A stretch of 64,000 bases of DNA from an uncultured Chlorobiota bacterium (GCA_947311445.1 CAMZKV010000004.1:5364-69363); one strand, 5' to 3'; shown: positions 46,570-56,142, counted from the stretch's first letter. Notes: a model not told the origin generated them from the sequence alone. Numbers and translations: made by a program.

Positions 46570-47241
46570 ATGATAAAAATACTCCTCGCAGAAGACGACA
46601 AAGATTTCGGATATTTACTAAAAAAATATCTCGAAATGAATAAATTTACTGTTTTTCACAAAGAAAATGGTGAGGAAGCATGGCTTTTTTTTCAAGAAAA
46701 TGAAGTTGATTTTTGCATTTTAGATGTAATGATGCCAAAACTTGATGGTTTTGAACTTGCAAAAAAAATTAAAAATAATGACCCAAAAATGCCCTTTCTA
46801 TTCCTTACTGCAAAAAATTTAAAAGATGACATAATAAAAGGATTAAAAATAGGTGCCGATGATTACATAACAAAACCTTTTGAAGTAGAAGAATTATTGC
46901 TGAGAATAAATAATATTCTGTTACGTTCTAAAATAGTAGATGTAAATGTTTATAATATTGGAAAATACAAGTTTTTTCCTGAAACTTTAGAATTATTATT
47001 TGAAAACGAAACATTAACTTTAACTGTTTTGGAAGCTGACTTGCTAAAAGTCTTGTTAAAAAATAAAAATAAAATAACAGAGAGAGAAATAATTTTAAAA
47101 GAACTTTGGAATGAAGCAGACTACTTTACCAGCAGAAGCATGGACGTATTTATTTCTAGACTTCGTAAATATTTCAAAAAAGATAAATCTATTGAATTTA
47201 AAGCATATAGAGGAAAAGGTATTATGTTGAAATATTTGTAA
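46570..47241 (+). CDS. OmpR/PhoB-family response regulator
   Basis: 223 aa; receiver domain (AEDDKD, ILDVMMPKLDG, LTAK); C-terminal winged helix (SRSMDVFISRLRKYF). Confidence 0.9.
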   Translation: MIKILLAEDDKDFGYLLKKYLEMNKFTVFHKENGEEAWLFFQENEVDFCILDVMMPKLDGFELAKKIKNNDPKMPFLFLTAKNLKDDIIKGLKIGADDYITKPFEVEELLLRINNILLRSKIVDVNVYNIGKYKFFPETLELLFENETLTLTVLEADLLKVLLKNKNKITEREIILKELWNEADYFTSRSMDVFISRLRKYFKKDKSIEFKAYRGKGIMLKYL

Positions 47242-47488
47242 AAAATAATAACTTTGTATTTCTTAAATCCACTTTTTTTTTAAATTTTGTTCTTAATTTT
47301 TAATATTCAATAAAATATAAAGTTTTTATGCAGAAAAAAGATTTTAATATTTGGAAAAAGTAAATTTGTTTTCTATAATATAACTTTGAATTCTATACTA
47401 AAATTAAAAAGATGAGGCTTATACTAACAGTCTGAAAATCAGTTTATATAAACATATTATTGAAAAATTTATATATAAAAAAAACAAA

Positions 47489-48250
47489 ATGATAATAATA
47501 ATTTCCCCAGCAAAAAAGATAAAATCAAGTTTAATAAAAGATGTAAAATCTTCTCAAATAGATTTTTCAAAAGAAAGCAAAGAACTTATGAAATATATTA
47601 AAGAGCTAAGTCCCGGCGATTTATCTAAATTAATGAACATAAGTCCAAAACTAGCCGAATTAAATTTTGAAAGAAACATAAAATGGCAACACCCATTTAA
47701 AAGTAAAGAAAAAGGACATGCTATACTTATGTTTCAAGGACACGCATATCAAGGAATGGATGCAAAAACATTTTCAAAACAAGATTTTGAGTTTGCTCAG
47801 AAACATTTAAGAATGCTTTCAGGTTTATATGGAGTTTTAAAACCTTTTGATATAATTCTTCCCTACAGATTAGAAATGGGGACTAAGTTAAAAACTGAAA
47901 ATTCAAACAATTTATATGAGTTTTGGGATAACAAACTTGCAAATAAAATTGATGAAGAACTTGCCGAGCAAAACAGTAATATTCTTATAAATTTAGCATC
48001 AAACGAGTATTTTAAAGCAGTTAATATCAAATTTTTAAAAGCAAAAATAATAACACCTGTTTTTAAAGAAAACAAAAACGGAACTTATAAAAACATAAGT
48101 GTTTATGCAAAAAAAGCAAGAGGTTTAATGTGCAGATACATTATAAAGAATAAACTTAAAAATTATGAAGATTTAAAAGGTTTTGATTATGAAAACTATA
48201 ATTTCAACCATGAATTATCAACTGAAAATGAATATATTTTTACAAGATAG
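47489..48250 (+). CDS. yaaA: Peroxide stress protein YaaA (DUF328)
   Basis: 253 aa; MIIIISPAKK N-terminus, LSGLYGVLKPFD, YAKKARGLM. Confidence 0.85.
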   Translation: MIIIISPAKKIKSSLIKDVKSSQIDFSKESKELMKYIKELSPGDLSKLMNISPKLAELNFERNIKWQHPFKSKEKGHAILMFQGHAYQGMDAKTFSKQDFEFAQKHLRMLSGLYGVLKPFDIILPYRLEMGTKLKTENSNNLYEFWDNKLANKIDEELAEQNSNILINLASNEYFKAVNIKFLKAKIITPVFKENKNGTYKNISVYAKKARGLMCRYIIKNKLKNYEDLKGFDYENYNFNHELSTENEYIFTR

Positions 48251-48309
48251 CAGAAAACTCAAATATTTTTAGTAATTTTGCATTTTAATATGAACAAAAT
48301 GTCATACCA

Positions 48310-48349
48310 ATCTCAACAGCTATTTTTCTTTAGCTGATGAGATTTTTTA
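48310..48349 (+). terminator. Rho-independent terminator after yaaA
   Basis: ATCTCAACAGCTA ... TAGCTGATGAGAT stem (one mismatch) followed by T6. Confidence 0.7.
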
Positions 48350-48377
48350 TAAAAATACCCTTCAAAAATATATAGAT

Positions 48378-49436
48378 ATGAAGAAATTAACAAAAGAATT
48401 CCTACACAGCTTACCCAAAGCTGAACTTCATTGCCATCTTGACGGCTCAATGCGAGTAGAAACAATTATTGAACTTGCAAAAAAACAAAAAGTAAAACTT
48501 CCGGAAGACGACCCCAAGAAATTAGAACATTATTTAAAAGCCGGAACTTGGTGCGATAGTTTGGTTGATTATTTAAAAGCATTTGATGTAACAACTTCTG
48601 TTATGCAAACGCACGAATCATTGAGAAGAGCAACCTATGAATTGGCAGAAGATAATGCAGCAGAAAATGTAAGATATTTAGAAATAAGATTCTCTCCAAT
48701 ATTGCATACAAATAAAGGATTGACTCTAACAGACGTTATTGACGCTGTTATTGAAGGCAAGGAACAGGCAGAAAAGAAATTTGATATAATTATTGGAATT
48801 ATTGTTTGCGGATTAAGACATTTTTTACCGGCAAAATCATTAACCCTAGCCGAGTTGTCTGTTGCCTATAAAAATTCAGGTGTTGTAGGTTTTGATTTAG
48901 CAGGTGCCGAAGAAAATTTTCCTGCAAAAGATCATAAAGAAGCATTTTATTTAATTGTGAATAATAATATTAACACAACAGCTCATGCAGGAGAAGCATA
49001 TGGACCGGAATCTATTCATCAGGCTCTACATTTTATAAATGCAAACAGGATAGGGCACGGAACTAGGCTAAGAGAAGATGGCGATTTGTTAAACTATATT
49101 AATGATCACAGAATTCCTCTTGAAATGTGTATAACTTCAAATGTACAAACAAAAGCTGTAAAGGATTTGAAAAGCCATCCGGTAAAATTTTATTTCAATT
49201 ATGGCTTGAGAGTAACTTTAAATACAGATAACAGATTAATCTCAGGAACAACATTAACCGATGAATATTGGCTTGCAGTTAAAGAATTTGGTTTTACTGC
49301 ACCTGAAATTAAGTATCTGATAATAAACGGATTTAAATCTGCCTTTTTACCTCACAACAAAAAAGTAGTATTAATTAAAAAAGTAATGAAAGAACTTGAA
49401 GATAAAGGTTTGAAGATTGTTAATGATTATATGTAG
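48378..49436 (+). CDS. add: Adenosine deaminase
   Basis: 352 aa; PKAELHCHLDGS, TAHAGE, IGHG, TLNTDN metal and catalytic motifs. Confidence 0.9.
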   Translation: MKKLTKEFLHSLPKAELHCHLDGSMRVETIIELAKKQKVKLPEDDPKKLEHYLKAGTWCDSLVDYLKAFDVTTSVMQTHESLRRATYELAEDNAAENVRYLEIRFSPILHTNKGLTLTDVIDAVIEGKEQAEKKFDIIIGIIVCGLRHFLPAKSLTLAELSVAYKNSGVVGFDLAGAEENFPAKDHKEAFYLIVNNNINTTAHAGEAYGPESIHQALHFINANRIGHGTRLREDGDLLNYINDHRIPLEMCITSNVQTKAVKDLKSHPVKFYFNYGLRVTLNTDNRLISGTTLTDEYWLAVKEFGFTAPEIKYLIINGFKSAFLPHNKKVVLIKKVMKELEDKGLKIVNDYM

Positions 49437-49464
49437 AATATTGCAATTAGTACAATAAAAATAG

Positions 49465-49496
49465 AAACCTACAATTTAATTTGTAGGTTTTTTTTG
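49465..49496 (+). terminator. Rho-independent terminator after add
   Basis: AACCTACAA-TTTAA-TTTGTAGGTT followed by T8. Confidence 0.8.
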
Positions 49497-49686
49497 TTCG
49501 GTTTCAAAACAAAAGTAATACCAATTGTTGAGCAAAATATCAGATAAATAAATTAGAATATATTTTTCTTTATTGAGGCAAAAATTCTTTGCATAGCCAT
49601 AGTTACGGAAATAATTTTTAACGAAGAAAAAGGAAAATAGAAATGATTTATATCGGGCGTTTTGCATGACAATTGGTATAAAATAT

Positions 49687-49694
49687 TATCTTTG
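49687..49694 (+). promoter_or_regulatory. -7 box for FGGY kinase gene
   Basis: TATCTTTG, 22 nt before the ATG. Confidence 0.5.
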
Positions 49695-49716
49695 TATAAA
49701 AGGTACATAATCTAAT

Positions 49717-51288
49717 ATGCAAAAAAATAAGGCAGATTTAATTCTTTCAATAGATGCAGGAACACAATCCGTTAGAGCAGTGTTATTTAATTTAAAAGGA
49801 AATATTGTTGATATTGTTAAAACAAAAATAAATGCCTTTTTTTCAGATAAACCCGGTTGGGCAGAACAAAATCCTGAATATTTTTGGGAAAAACTTTCTG
49901 AAACAAGCCAAAAACTTCTTTCTAAAAATCCGGAATATAAACAAAGAATAACAGCGGTTACACTAACGACCCAACGAGGCACTGTTATAAATTTAGATAA
50001 ATCCGGTAAGCCACTTCGACCTGCAATAATTTGGTTAGACCAAAGGCAAGCAAAAAAAACAAATAAACTTTCAAGATTAGATATGTTGATACTGCGTATT
50101 TTAAATATGAAAGAATCTGTAATACATGCTGTTAAAAACGCAGAATGCAATTGGATAATGCAAAATCAAAAAGAAATATGGAAAAAAACTGATAAGTATT
50201 TATTTCTTTCTGGATATTTAACATATAAACTTACGGGAAAATTTAAAGATTCTATCGGGAATATTGTCGGATATATGCCTTTTGATTATAAGAAAAAAGA
50301 ATGGACAGCCAAAACACATAGAAATTATAAAATGTTTCCTGTTGAACAATCAATGTTGCCTGAACTTGTAAAACCTTCCGAAATATTGGCACATATTAGT
50401 CCAGAAGCATCCAAAGAAACAGGAATCCCTGTGGGTTTGCCACTTTTTGCAGCAGCTTCTGACAAAGCATCAGAAGTTTTAGGTTCTGGTGTTATTGAAG
50501 ATAATGTTGCCTGTCTCAGTTATGGAACAACTGCAACAGTACAAACAACGATGAAAAAATATAAAGAAATAATAAGGTTTTTTCCGCCGTACCCGAGTGC
50601 AGTACCAAACTATTTTAATACAGAAATAATGATATACAGAGGTTTCTGGATGGTTGATTGGTTTAAAAAACAATGTGGACATCTAGAAACAATTCAAGCA
50701 AAAGAACAAGGAAAAAATCCCGAAGAATTATTCGATAAGCTAATTGATGAAGTTCCGCCAGGTTCAATGGGGCTAACATTACAACCATATTGGTCGCCAG
50801 GTGTAAAAATTCCTGGAACAGAAGCAAAAGGAGCAATTATTGGATTTGGTGATGTGCACACAAGGGCACATATTTATCGCTCTATAATTGAAGGATTAGC
50901 ATATTCTTTGAAAGATGGTTTGCAAAGGACAGAAAAACGAACAAAAGTTAAAATAAGGAAGTTATTAATTTCAGGAGGAGGTTCGCAAAATAGAAATGTA
51001 TTACAACTTACATCTGATATTTTTAATATGCCGGTTGAAAAGCCTCATACTCACGAAACTTCGGCATTGGGTGCAGCAATAAGTGCAGCAGTAGGTATGA
51101 AATATTATCCTGATTATAAAACTGCTGTGAAATTTATGTGTAGAGTATCAGAAACATATATTCCAAACCAAGAAGTAAGTAAGATATATAACAATTTATA
51201 TAATAAAATCTATAAACGTATGTATAAAAAACTTCAACCTTTGTATCATGAAATAAGAAATATTACCGGTTACCCGGAAAAAATATAA
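49717..51288 (+). CDS. FGGY-family carbohydrate kinase
   Basis: 523 aa; N-terminal ILSIDAGTQSVRA (phosphate-1); C-terminal LLISGGGSQN; FGGY_N/C layout. Confidence 0.85.
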   Translation: MQKNKADLILSIDAGTQSVRAVLFNLKGNIVDIVKTKINAFFSDKPGWAEQNPEYFWEKLSETSQKLLSKNPEYKQRITAVTLTTQRGTVINLDKSGKPLRPAIIWLDQRQAKKTNKLSRLDMLILRILNMKESVIHAVKNAECNWIMQNQKEIWKKTDKYLFLSGYLTYKLTGKFKDSIGNIVGYMPFDYKKKEWTAKTHRNYKMFPVEQSMLPELVKPSEILAHISPEASKETGIPVGLPLFAAASDKASEVLGSGVIEDNVACLSYGTTATVQTTMKKYKEIIRFFPPYPSAVPNYFNTEIMIYRGFWMVDWFKKQCGHLETIQAKEQGKNPEELFDKLIDEVPPGSMGLTLQPYWSPGVKIPGTEAKGAIIGFGDVHTRAHIYRSIIEGLAYSLKDGLQRTEKRTKVKIRKLLISGGGSQNRNVLQLTSDIFNMPVEKPHTHETSALGAAISAAVGMKYYPDYKTAVKFMCRVSETYIPNQEVSKIYNNLYNKIYKRMYKKLQPLYHEIRNITGYPEKI

Positions 51289-51308
51289 TGCAAAACAAAA
51301 AATATTCT

Positions 51309-51316
51309 TATTTTTG
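51309..51316 (+). promoter_or_regulatory. -7 box for rpoN
   Basis: TATTTTTG, 26 nt before the ATG. Confidence 0.5.
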
Positions 51317-51342
51317 TATAATAAACATTTTAATTTTTTTTA

Positions 51343-52812
51343 ATGCTCAAACAAAGTCTAAACCAAAAAATGTTGCAGAGATTATCTCCTCAACAAATTC
51401 AACTAATAAAATTGTTGGAACTTCCGACTTTGCAATTAGAACAAAGAATTAAAAAAGAAATTGAAGAAAACCCTACATTAGAAGAAGGTAACCCACAAGA
51501 TGAATATTCTGACGATGAATCTGAAAATGAAAATGAAGAAAAAGAAAATGAATATGATGATGAATTTTCAATTGATGATTATTTGAACGATGATGATATC
51601 CCTGATTACAAACTAAACATTAGCAATTATTCAAAAGATGATAAAATTGTTGATATACCATATTCCGAGGGATTTACTTTGCCGGAACATCTAAACGAAC
51701 AATTAAGACTAAAGAAGATAAGTGCTCAAGAAGAAGTTTTAGCAAAATATTTAATCGGCAGTTTAGATAGTGCCGGGTATTTAAGACGTGATTTAGAAAA
51801 TATTGTTGATGATATAGCATTTACACAGAATATTACAGTTGAAATTGAAGATTTAGAAAATGCACTTAAAATAGTTCAAGATTTAGAACCTGTTGGAGTA
51901 GGAGCAAGAAGTTTACAAGAGACTTTATTGTTACAAATTGAAAAGTCAATAAATCCGGATAAAGAAAATTCAGTAGCATTTTTAAATGCTAAGACTATAG
52001 TTTCTAACTATTTTGATGAGTTCTCAAAAAAACATTATTCTAAAATAACAAAGAAAATGGAAATTTCGGATGATGAATTGAAAGAAGCAATAAATATAAT
52101 TGTTAAATTAAATCCTAAGCCCGGCAGCAACTTTTCTTCATCATTAAATAAAACAGCACAACAAATTACTCCGGATTTCATATTAAAAGTTGTTGATGGA
52201 GAAGCTATGGTCTCTTTAAATGCTCGAAATGTCCCTATGTTACGTGTTAGTAAAACATATAAGGATATGTTGAAAGGAATGAGAGACAGTAAAGAAAAAT
52301 CTACAAAATCTGAAAAACAAGCGAGTAGTTTTGTAAAACAAAAATTAGATTCTGCTAAATGGTTTATTGAAGCAATAAAACAAAGACAAAATACACTTCT
52401 TGTAACAATAAATGCAATAATTGGTTTTCAAAAAGAATATTTTATTGATGGAGATGAAACTAAACTGAGACCAATGATTTTAAAAGATATTGCCGAAATT
52501 ACAAATCTTGATATTTCTACAATCTCAAGAGTTGCTAATAGTAAATATATTCAAACTCATTTTGGAATTTTACCCCTTAAGTTTTTCTTCTCGGAAGGAA
52601 TGGAAACCCAAGATGGCGAAACTGTTTCAACAAGAGAAATTAAAAGAATACTTCAAGAATGTATTGATAATGAAGATAAGAAAAAACCTCTAACAGATGA
52701 GAAACTTGCAAAAATACTTCAAGAAAAAGGTTATAAAATTGCAAGACGTACAGTTGCAAAGTATAGAGAACAGTTGGATGTTCTAGTAGCTCGTTTAAGA
52801 AAAGAATTATAG
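51343..52812 (+). CDS. rpoN: RNA polymerase sigma-54 factor
   Basis: 489 aa; Gln/Leu-rich region I; acidic region II; HTH; RpoN box ARRTVAKYRE. Confidence 0.95.
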   Translation: MLKQSLNQKMLQRLSPQQIQLIKLLELPTLQLEQRIKKEIEENPTLEEGNPQDEYSDDESENENEEKENEYDDEFSIDDYLNDDDIPDYKLNISNYSKDDKIVDIPYSEGFTLPEHLNEQLRLKKISAQEEVLAKYLIGSLDSAGYLRRDLENIVDDIAFTQNITVEIEDLENALKIVQDLEPVGVGARSLQETLLLQIEKSINPDKENSVAFLNAKTIVSNYFDEFSKKHYSKITKKMEISDDELKEAINIIVKLNPKPGSNFSSSLNKTAQQITPDFILKVVDGEAMVSLNARNVPMLRVSKTYKDMLKGMRDSKEKSTKSEKQASSFVKQKLDSAKWFIEAIKQRQNTLLVTINAIIGFQKEYFIDGDETKLRPMILKDIAEITNLDISTISRVANSKYIQTHFGILPLKFFFSEGMETQDGETVSTREIKRILQECIDNEDKKKPLTDEKLAKILQEKGYKIARRTVAKYREQLDVLVARLRKEL

Positions 52813-52823
52813 AATTTTTAATA

Positions 52824-53474
52824 ATGAAAGAGCAAATTGCAAAAATATTCTCATATATTTTTCATCCTTTATTTCTTCCTGTATATGCAGTAATAATCCT
52901 ATTCTATTTGCCATCTTATTTGTCTCATTATCAGTTTGTTTATAAAAAAGGAATTGTACTTGTTGTCTTTATGTCAACATTTGTTTCTCCCTTATTAGTT
53001 ATGCTGATACTTTTAAATTTAAGAGTTATTTCGGATTTGCAACTTTCAAAACGAGAAGAAAGATTTTTACCATTAGCTATTATTGGTGCAATTTATATTG
53101 CATCCTATTTTATTATGCTTAGATTACCTGTGGGAGTCCCAAGTGATATTAGCAACTTTTTATTGGTATCTTCAATTGTAATTTTTATTGTTCTTTTATT
53201 TAATTTTAGAACTAAAATAAGTATTCATTCTGCTGGAACCGGAGGTTTTATTTCTTATTTTTTAATTTTTTTTAATAAAGAGAATATGAGTGAAACACTG
53301 TTTTCTGTAATAATTTTTAATTTTACGGCAATTCATTTTTTTACATTGCTAATTCTTATTATAGGAATAATAATGACTTCAAGATTAATATTAAAATCTC
53401 ATAATCTTAAACAAATAGCAATTGGTTTTCTAGTAGGTTTTTTTGTAGGAATACTTAGTATCTTTATAAATTAA
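52824..53474 (+). CDS. Integral membrane protein (weak PAP2-like features)
   Basis: 216 aa; about six TM helices; 11 nt after rpoN. SKREERFLP and SIHSAG loosely resemble PAP2 motifs. Confidence 0.45.
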   Translation: MKEQIAKIFSYIFHPLFLPVYAVIILFYLPSYLSHYQFVYKKGIVLVVFMSTFVSPLLVMLILLNLRVISDLQLSKREERFLPLAIIGAIYIASYFIMLRLPVGVPSDISNFLLVSSIVIFIVLLFNFRTKISIHSAGTGGFISYFLIFFNKENMSETLFSVIIFNFTAIHFFTLLILIIGIIMTSRLILKSHNLKQIAIGFLVGFFVGILSIFIN

Positions 53475-53493
53475 GGTTCTATAAAAAATGTTT

Positions 53494-53874
53494 TTAAGGA
53501 TTTAAAGGAATTAAAGTAAAAGGAATATTAATTAGTTCTGTTAAATCTTCTCCCATTTCCATAATGTCTTCATCGTCTTCATCGTAATACCAATTTATTT
53601 TAATATCTTTACCATTATCTAAAAGAGAATTTAGTTTAAGAAGAATTTGGAAAATCTTTTTATGGGAAGAGCTGTTAAGTACAGTAAAATAAAATTCACA
53701 AATTAATTCTTTGTCAAGTTTAGGGATTTCACTATCAATCCAATCCAAAATAGGGTTTAAAATTTCAATTACATCCTCAGAAAAAGAAGGTCCTTTTATT
53801 TGAAAAATATTTTCTTCAATGTTTAAATTGACTAGTGGGGTCTTTTTGGTTTTTTTTATGTAAATATTTTCCAT
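53494..53874 (-). CDS. DUF1987 domain protein (SiaC-like partner-switch component)
   Basis: 126 aa; typical DUF1987 layout: KTPLVNLNIEENIFQIKGPSFSED, ILDWI, EFYFTVLNSSSHKKIFQIL, INWYYDEDDEDIMEMGED. Confidence 0.7.
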   Translation of the reverse strand: MENIYIKKTKKTPLVNLNIEENIFQIKGPSFSEDVIEILNPILDWIDSEIPKLDKELICEFYFTVLNSSSHKKIFQILLKLNSLLDNGKDIKINWYYDEDDEDIMEMGEDLTELINIPFTLIPLNP

Positions 53875-53905
53875 GAAAGAAATATATTATATCTAGTTTG
53901 AAGCT

Positions 53906-53913
53906 CAAATATA
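53906..53913 (-). promoter_or_regulatory. -7 box for DUF1987 gene
   Basis: TATATTTG on the minus strand, 31 nt before the ATG. Confidence 0.5.
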
Positions 53914-53988
53914 TGAATTAAAAATTTAATAAAATAAAAATTTCCACTATTTTAATAAAAAAAATACTAATTATAACTATTATTATAT

Positions 53989-54016
53989 AAAAGTCGGATT
54001 TATTAATCCGACTTTT
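53989..54016 (-). terminator. Terminator downstream of htpG
   Basis: AAAAGTCGGATT-TATT-AATCCGACTTTT perfect 12-bp stem, 22 nt after the htpG stop. Confidence 0.8.
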
Positions 54017-54037
54017 ATTTGCTTAAAAATAAACTAT

Positions 54038-56098
54038 TTAAGATTTTATAAGTTCAATACTTCTTTTTACAAATTTGCTTAAAGATTCTCCTTTTAACAT
54101 ATTGTTTGCAAGTAATCCTAAATCAATTAGCTGGTTAACAATCTTTTCTGAATTTCCAAATTTAGATAAAATTTCCTTTTTATCATTTTCCACCTTACTT
54201 AGTTCTTTATTTAGTTCTTCTTTTTTGTCTTTTTCTTCTTGTGGTATTTCTTCTTCTTTTTTGTCTTTCTGTAATTTGCCAAGTGCTTCAATATCTGTTT
54301 TTAAGCTATTAATTTCTTTATCAAATTTCTCTAAATCTGCGCCTATCTTGTCATACATTTTGTCTTTTAGTTCAGAAACCAACTTGTGGTTTGAGTTTAT
54401 TACAAGATTATAACTGTCGGGTAAATTTCCATAGAAACTTGCTTCTCCTCCCATTTTTGACATATCTTTCATTCGTCTCATAAACTCATTTTGAGTTATT
54501 ATTGTTGGGTTTGATGTTTCAGATAAGGCTTCAAAATTTACAAGGAAAGTAGTATCTTTCGGTAATTGGCTTTGAAATACTGAATTTAAGTTTGCTTCAT
54601 CGTCTGAACTTAATTTTGACTCAAAACCATCTTCCTTAGCAATAAGTTTGTCAATAACATCTGCATCAACTCTTGTGAAACGTTTTCCTTGCATTTTGGT
54701 TTCAATATTATTGATAAAATGTGCATCTAACTGTCCATCCATAACAAGAACATCATATCCTTTTTCTTTTGCTTCTTCAATAAAACTATACTGTCCCTCT
54801 TTGTCTGTTGTGTACAAATAAATTATGTTTCCGTCTTTATCTGTCTGGTTTGGTTTTACAAGTTCTTCATATTCGTCAAAAGTAAATTTCTTATCTTCGG
54901 TATTATTTAGCAAAAAGAATTTCATAGCTTTTTCATGGAATTTCTCATCACTAAGCATTCCATATTCTATAAAAACTTTCAAATCTTGCCATTTTTTTTC
55001 AAAATCCTCTCTCTCTTTTGTAAAAATTTCCTTTAATCTGTCAGCAACTTTTTTTGTAATATGGCTGGAAATTTTTTTAACATTTTTGTCGCTTTGCAAA
55101 TAACTTCTTGAAACATTAAGAGGAATATCCGGAGAATCAATAACTCCATGTAATAAAGTCATAAATTCAGGAACAATTCCTTCAACAGAATCTGTTACAA
55201 AAACTTGTCGTTGGTATAGCTGAATTTTATTCTTTTGAATTTCAATGTTGTTTGTAAATTTTGGAAAGTACAAAATTCCGGTTAAATTAAAAGGATAATC
55301 TACGTTAAGATGAATATGAAACAACGGATCATCAAAAGTCATTGGATATAGCTCTTTATAAAAATCCTTGTAGTTTTCATCAGATAAATCACTAGGTTTT
55401 TTTGTCCAGGCAGGGCTTGTGTTATTAACAATCTTATCTTTTTCAATTTTTTTACCATCCTCAGTTTTTTCTTCTTTGCCAAATGCAATTTCAACAGGTA
55501 AAAACTTACAGTACTTATTTAAAAGTTCAGTTATTTTAGAATCTTCTAAAAAATCTTTTGAATCTTCATCAATATGTAAAACTATGTCAGTCCCTCTTTT
55601 TTCTTTTTCAATTTCCTTTAATTTGAAATTTGGGCTACCATCACATTCCCATCTAACAGCTATTGAATCATCTTTGTAAGATTTTGAAATTATTTCAACT
55701 TTTTCCGAAACCATAAAAGAAGAATAAAATCCTAAACCAAAATGTCCAATAATTGCATTTTTCTCATCTTTATATTTGTCAAGAAATTCTTCTGCACCAG
55801 AAAATGCTATTTGGTTTATATATTTGTTAATTTCATCAGCATCCATTCCTATTCCTGCATCAGAAATTGTTATAGTTTTTGCTTTTTTATCTGCTTTTAT
55901 ACGAATTGTTAAATCTCCTAATTCTCCTTTGTAATTACCTTTTGAAGAAAGAATTTTTAATTTTTGAGTCGCATCAACTGCATTCGAGATTAATTCACGC
56001 AGAAAAATTTCGTGATCAGAATAGAGGAATTTTTTTATTATTGGAAATATGTCTTCCCCTGTTACTTTTATTTTTCCTTTTTTTGATTTATTTGCCAT
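54038..56098 (-). CDS. htpG: Molecular chaperone HtpG (Hsp90)
   Basis: 686 aa; GHKL N-domain FLRELISNAVDA and GHFGLGFYS; full-length Hsp90 layout. Confidence 0.95.
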   Translation of the reverse strand: MANKSKKGKIKVTGEDIFPIIKKFLYSDHEIFLRELISNAVDATQKLKILSSKGNYKGELGDLTIRIKADKKAKTITISDAGIGMDADEINKYINQIAFSGAEEFLDKYKDEKNAIIGHFGLGFYSSFMVSEKVEIISKSYKDDSIAVRWECDGSPNFKLKEIEKEKRGTDIVLHIDEDSKDFLEDSKITELLNKYCKFLPVEIAFGKEEKTEDGKKIEKDKIVNNTSPAWTKKPSDLSDENYKDFYKELYPMTFDDPLFHIHLNVDYPFNLTGILYFPKFTNNIEIQKNKIQLYQRQVFVTDSVEGIVPEFMTLLHGVIDSPDIPLNVSRSYLQSDKNVKKISSHITKKVADRLKEIFTKEREDFEKKWQDLKVFIEYGMLSDEKFHEKAMKFFLLNNTEDKKFTFDEYEELVKPNQTDKDGNIIYLYTTDKEGQYSFIEEAKEKGYDVLVMDGQLDAHFINNIETKMQGKRFTRVDADVIDKLIAKEDGFESKLSSDDEANLNSVFQSQLPKDTTFLVNFEALSETSNPTIITQNEFMRRMKDMSKMGGEASFYGNLPDSYNLVINSNHKLVSELKDKMYDKIGADLEKFDKEINSLKTDIEALGKLQKDKKEEEIPQEEKDKKEELNKELSKVENDKKEILSKFGNSEKIVNQLIDLGLLANNMLKGESLSKFVKRSIELIKS

Positions 56099-56134
56099 TT
56101 TTTTTATTTTTAAGTTTTATTTATTTTGCTTTTT

Positions 56135-56142
56135 CAAACTTA
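56135..56142 (-). promoter_or_regulatory. -7 box for htpG
   Basis: TAAGTTTG on the minus strand, 36 nt before the ATG. Confidence 0.5.

Noticed and set aside
49476-49667. A 63-aa minus-strand ORF in the spacer between add and the FGGY kinase gene.
   Set aside because: Its 3' end overlaps the add terminator hairpin (49465-49496). It has no upstream -7 box, and its composition is typical of a random AT-rich frame. There is not enough support to call a gene.
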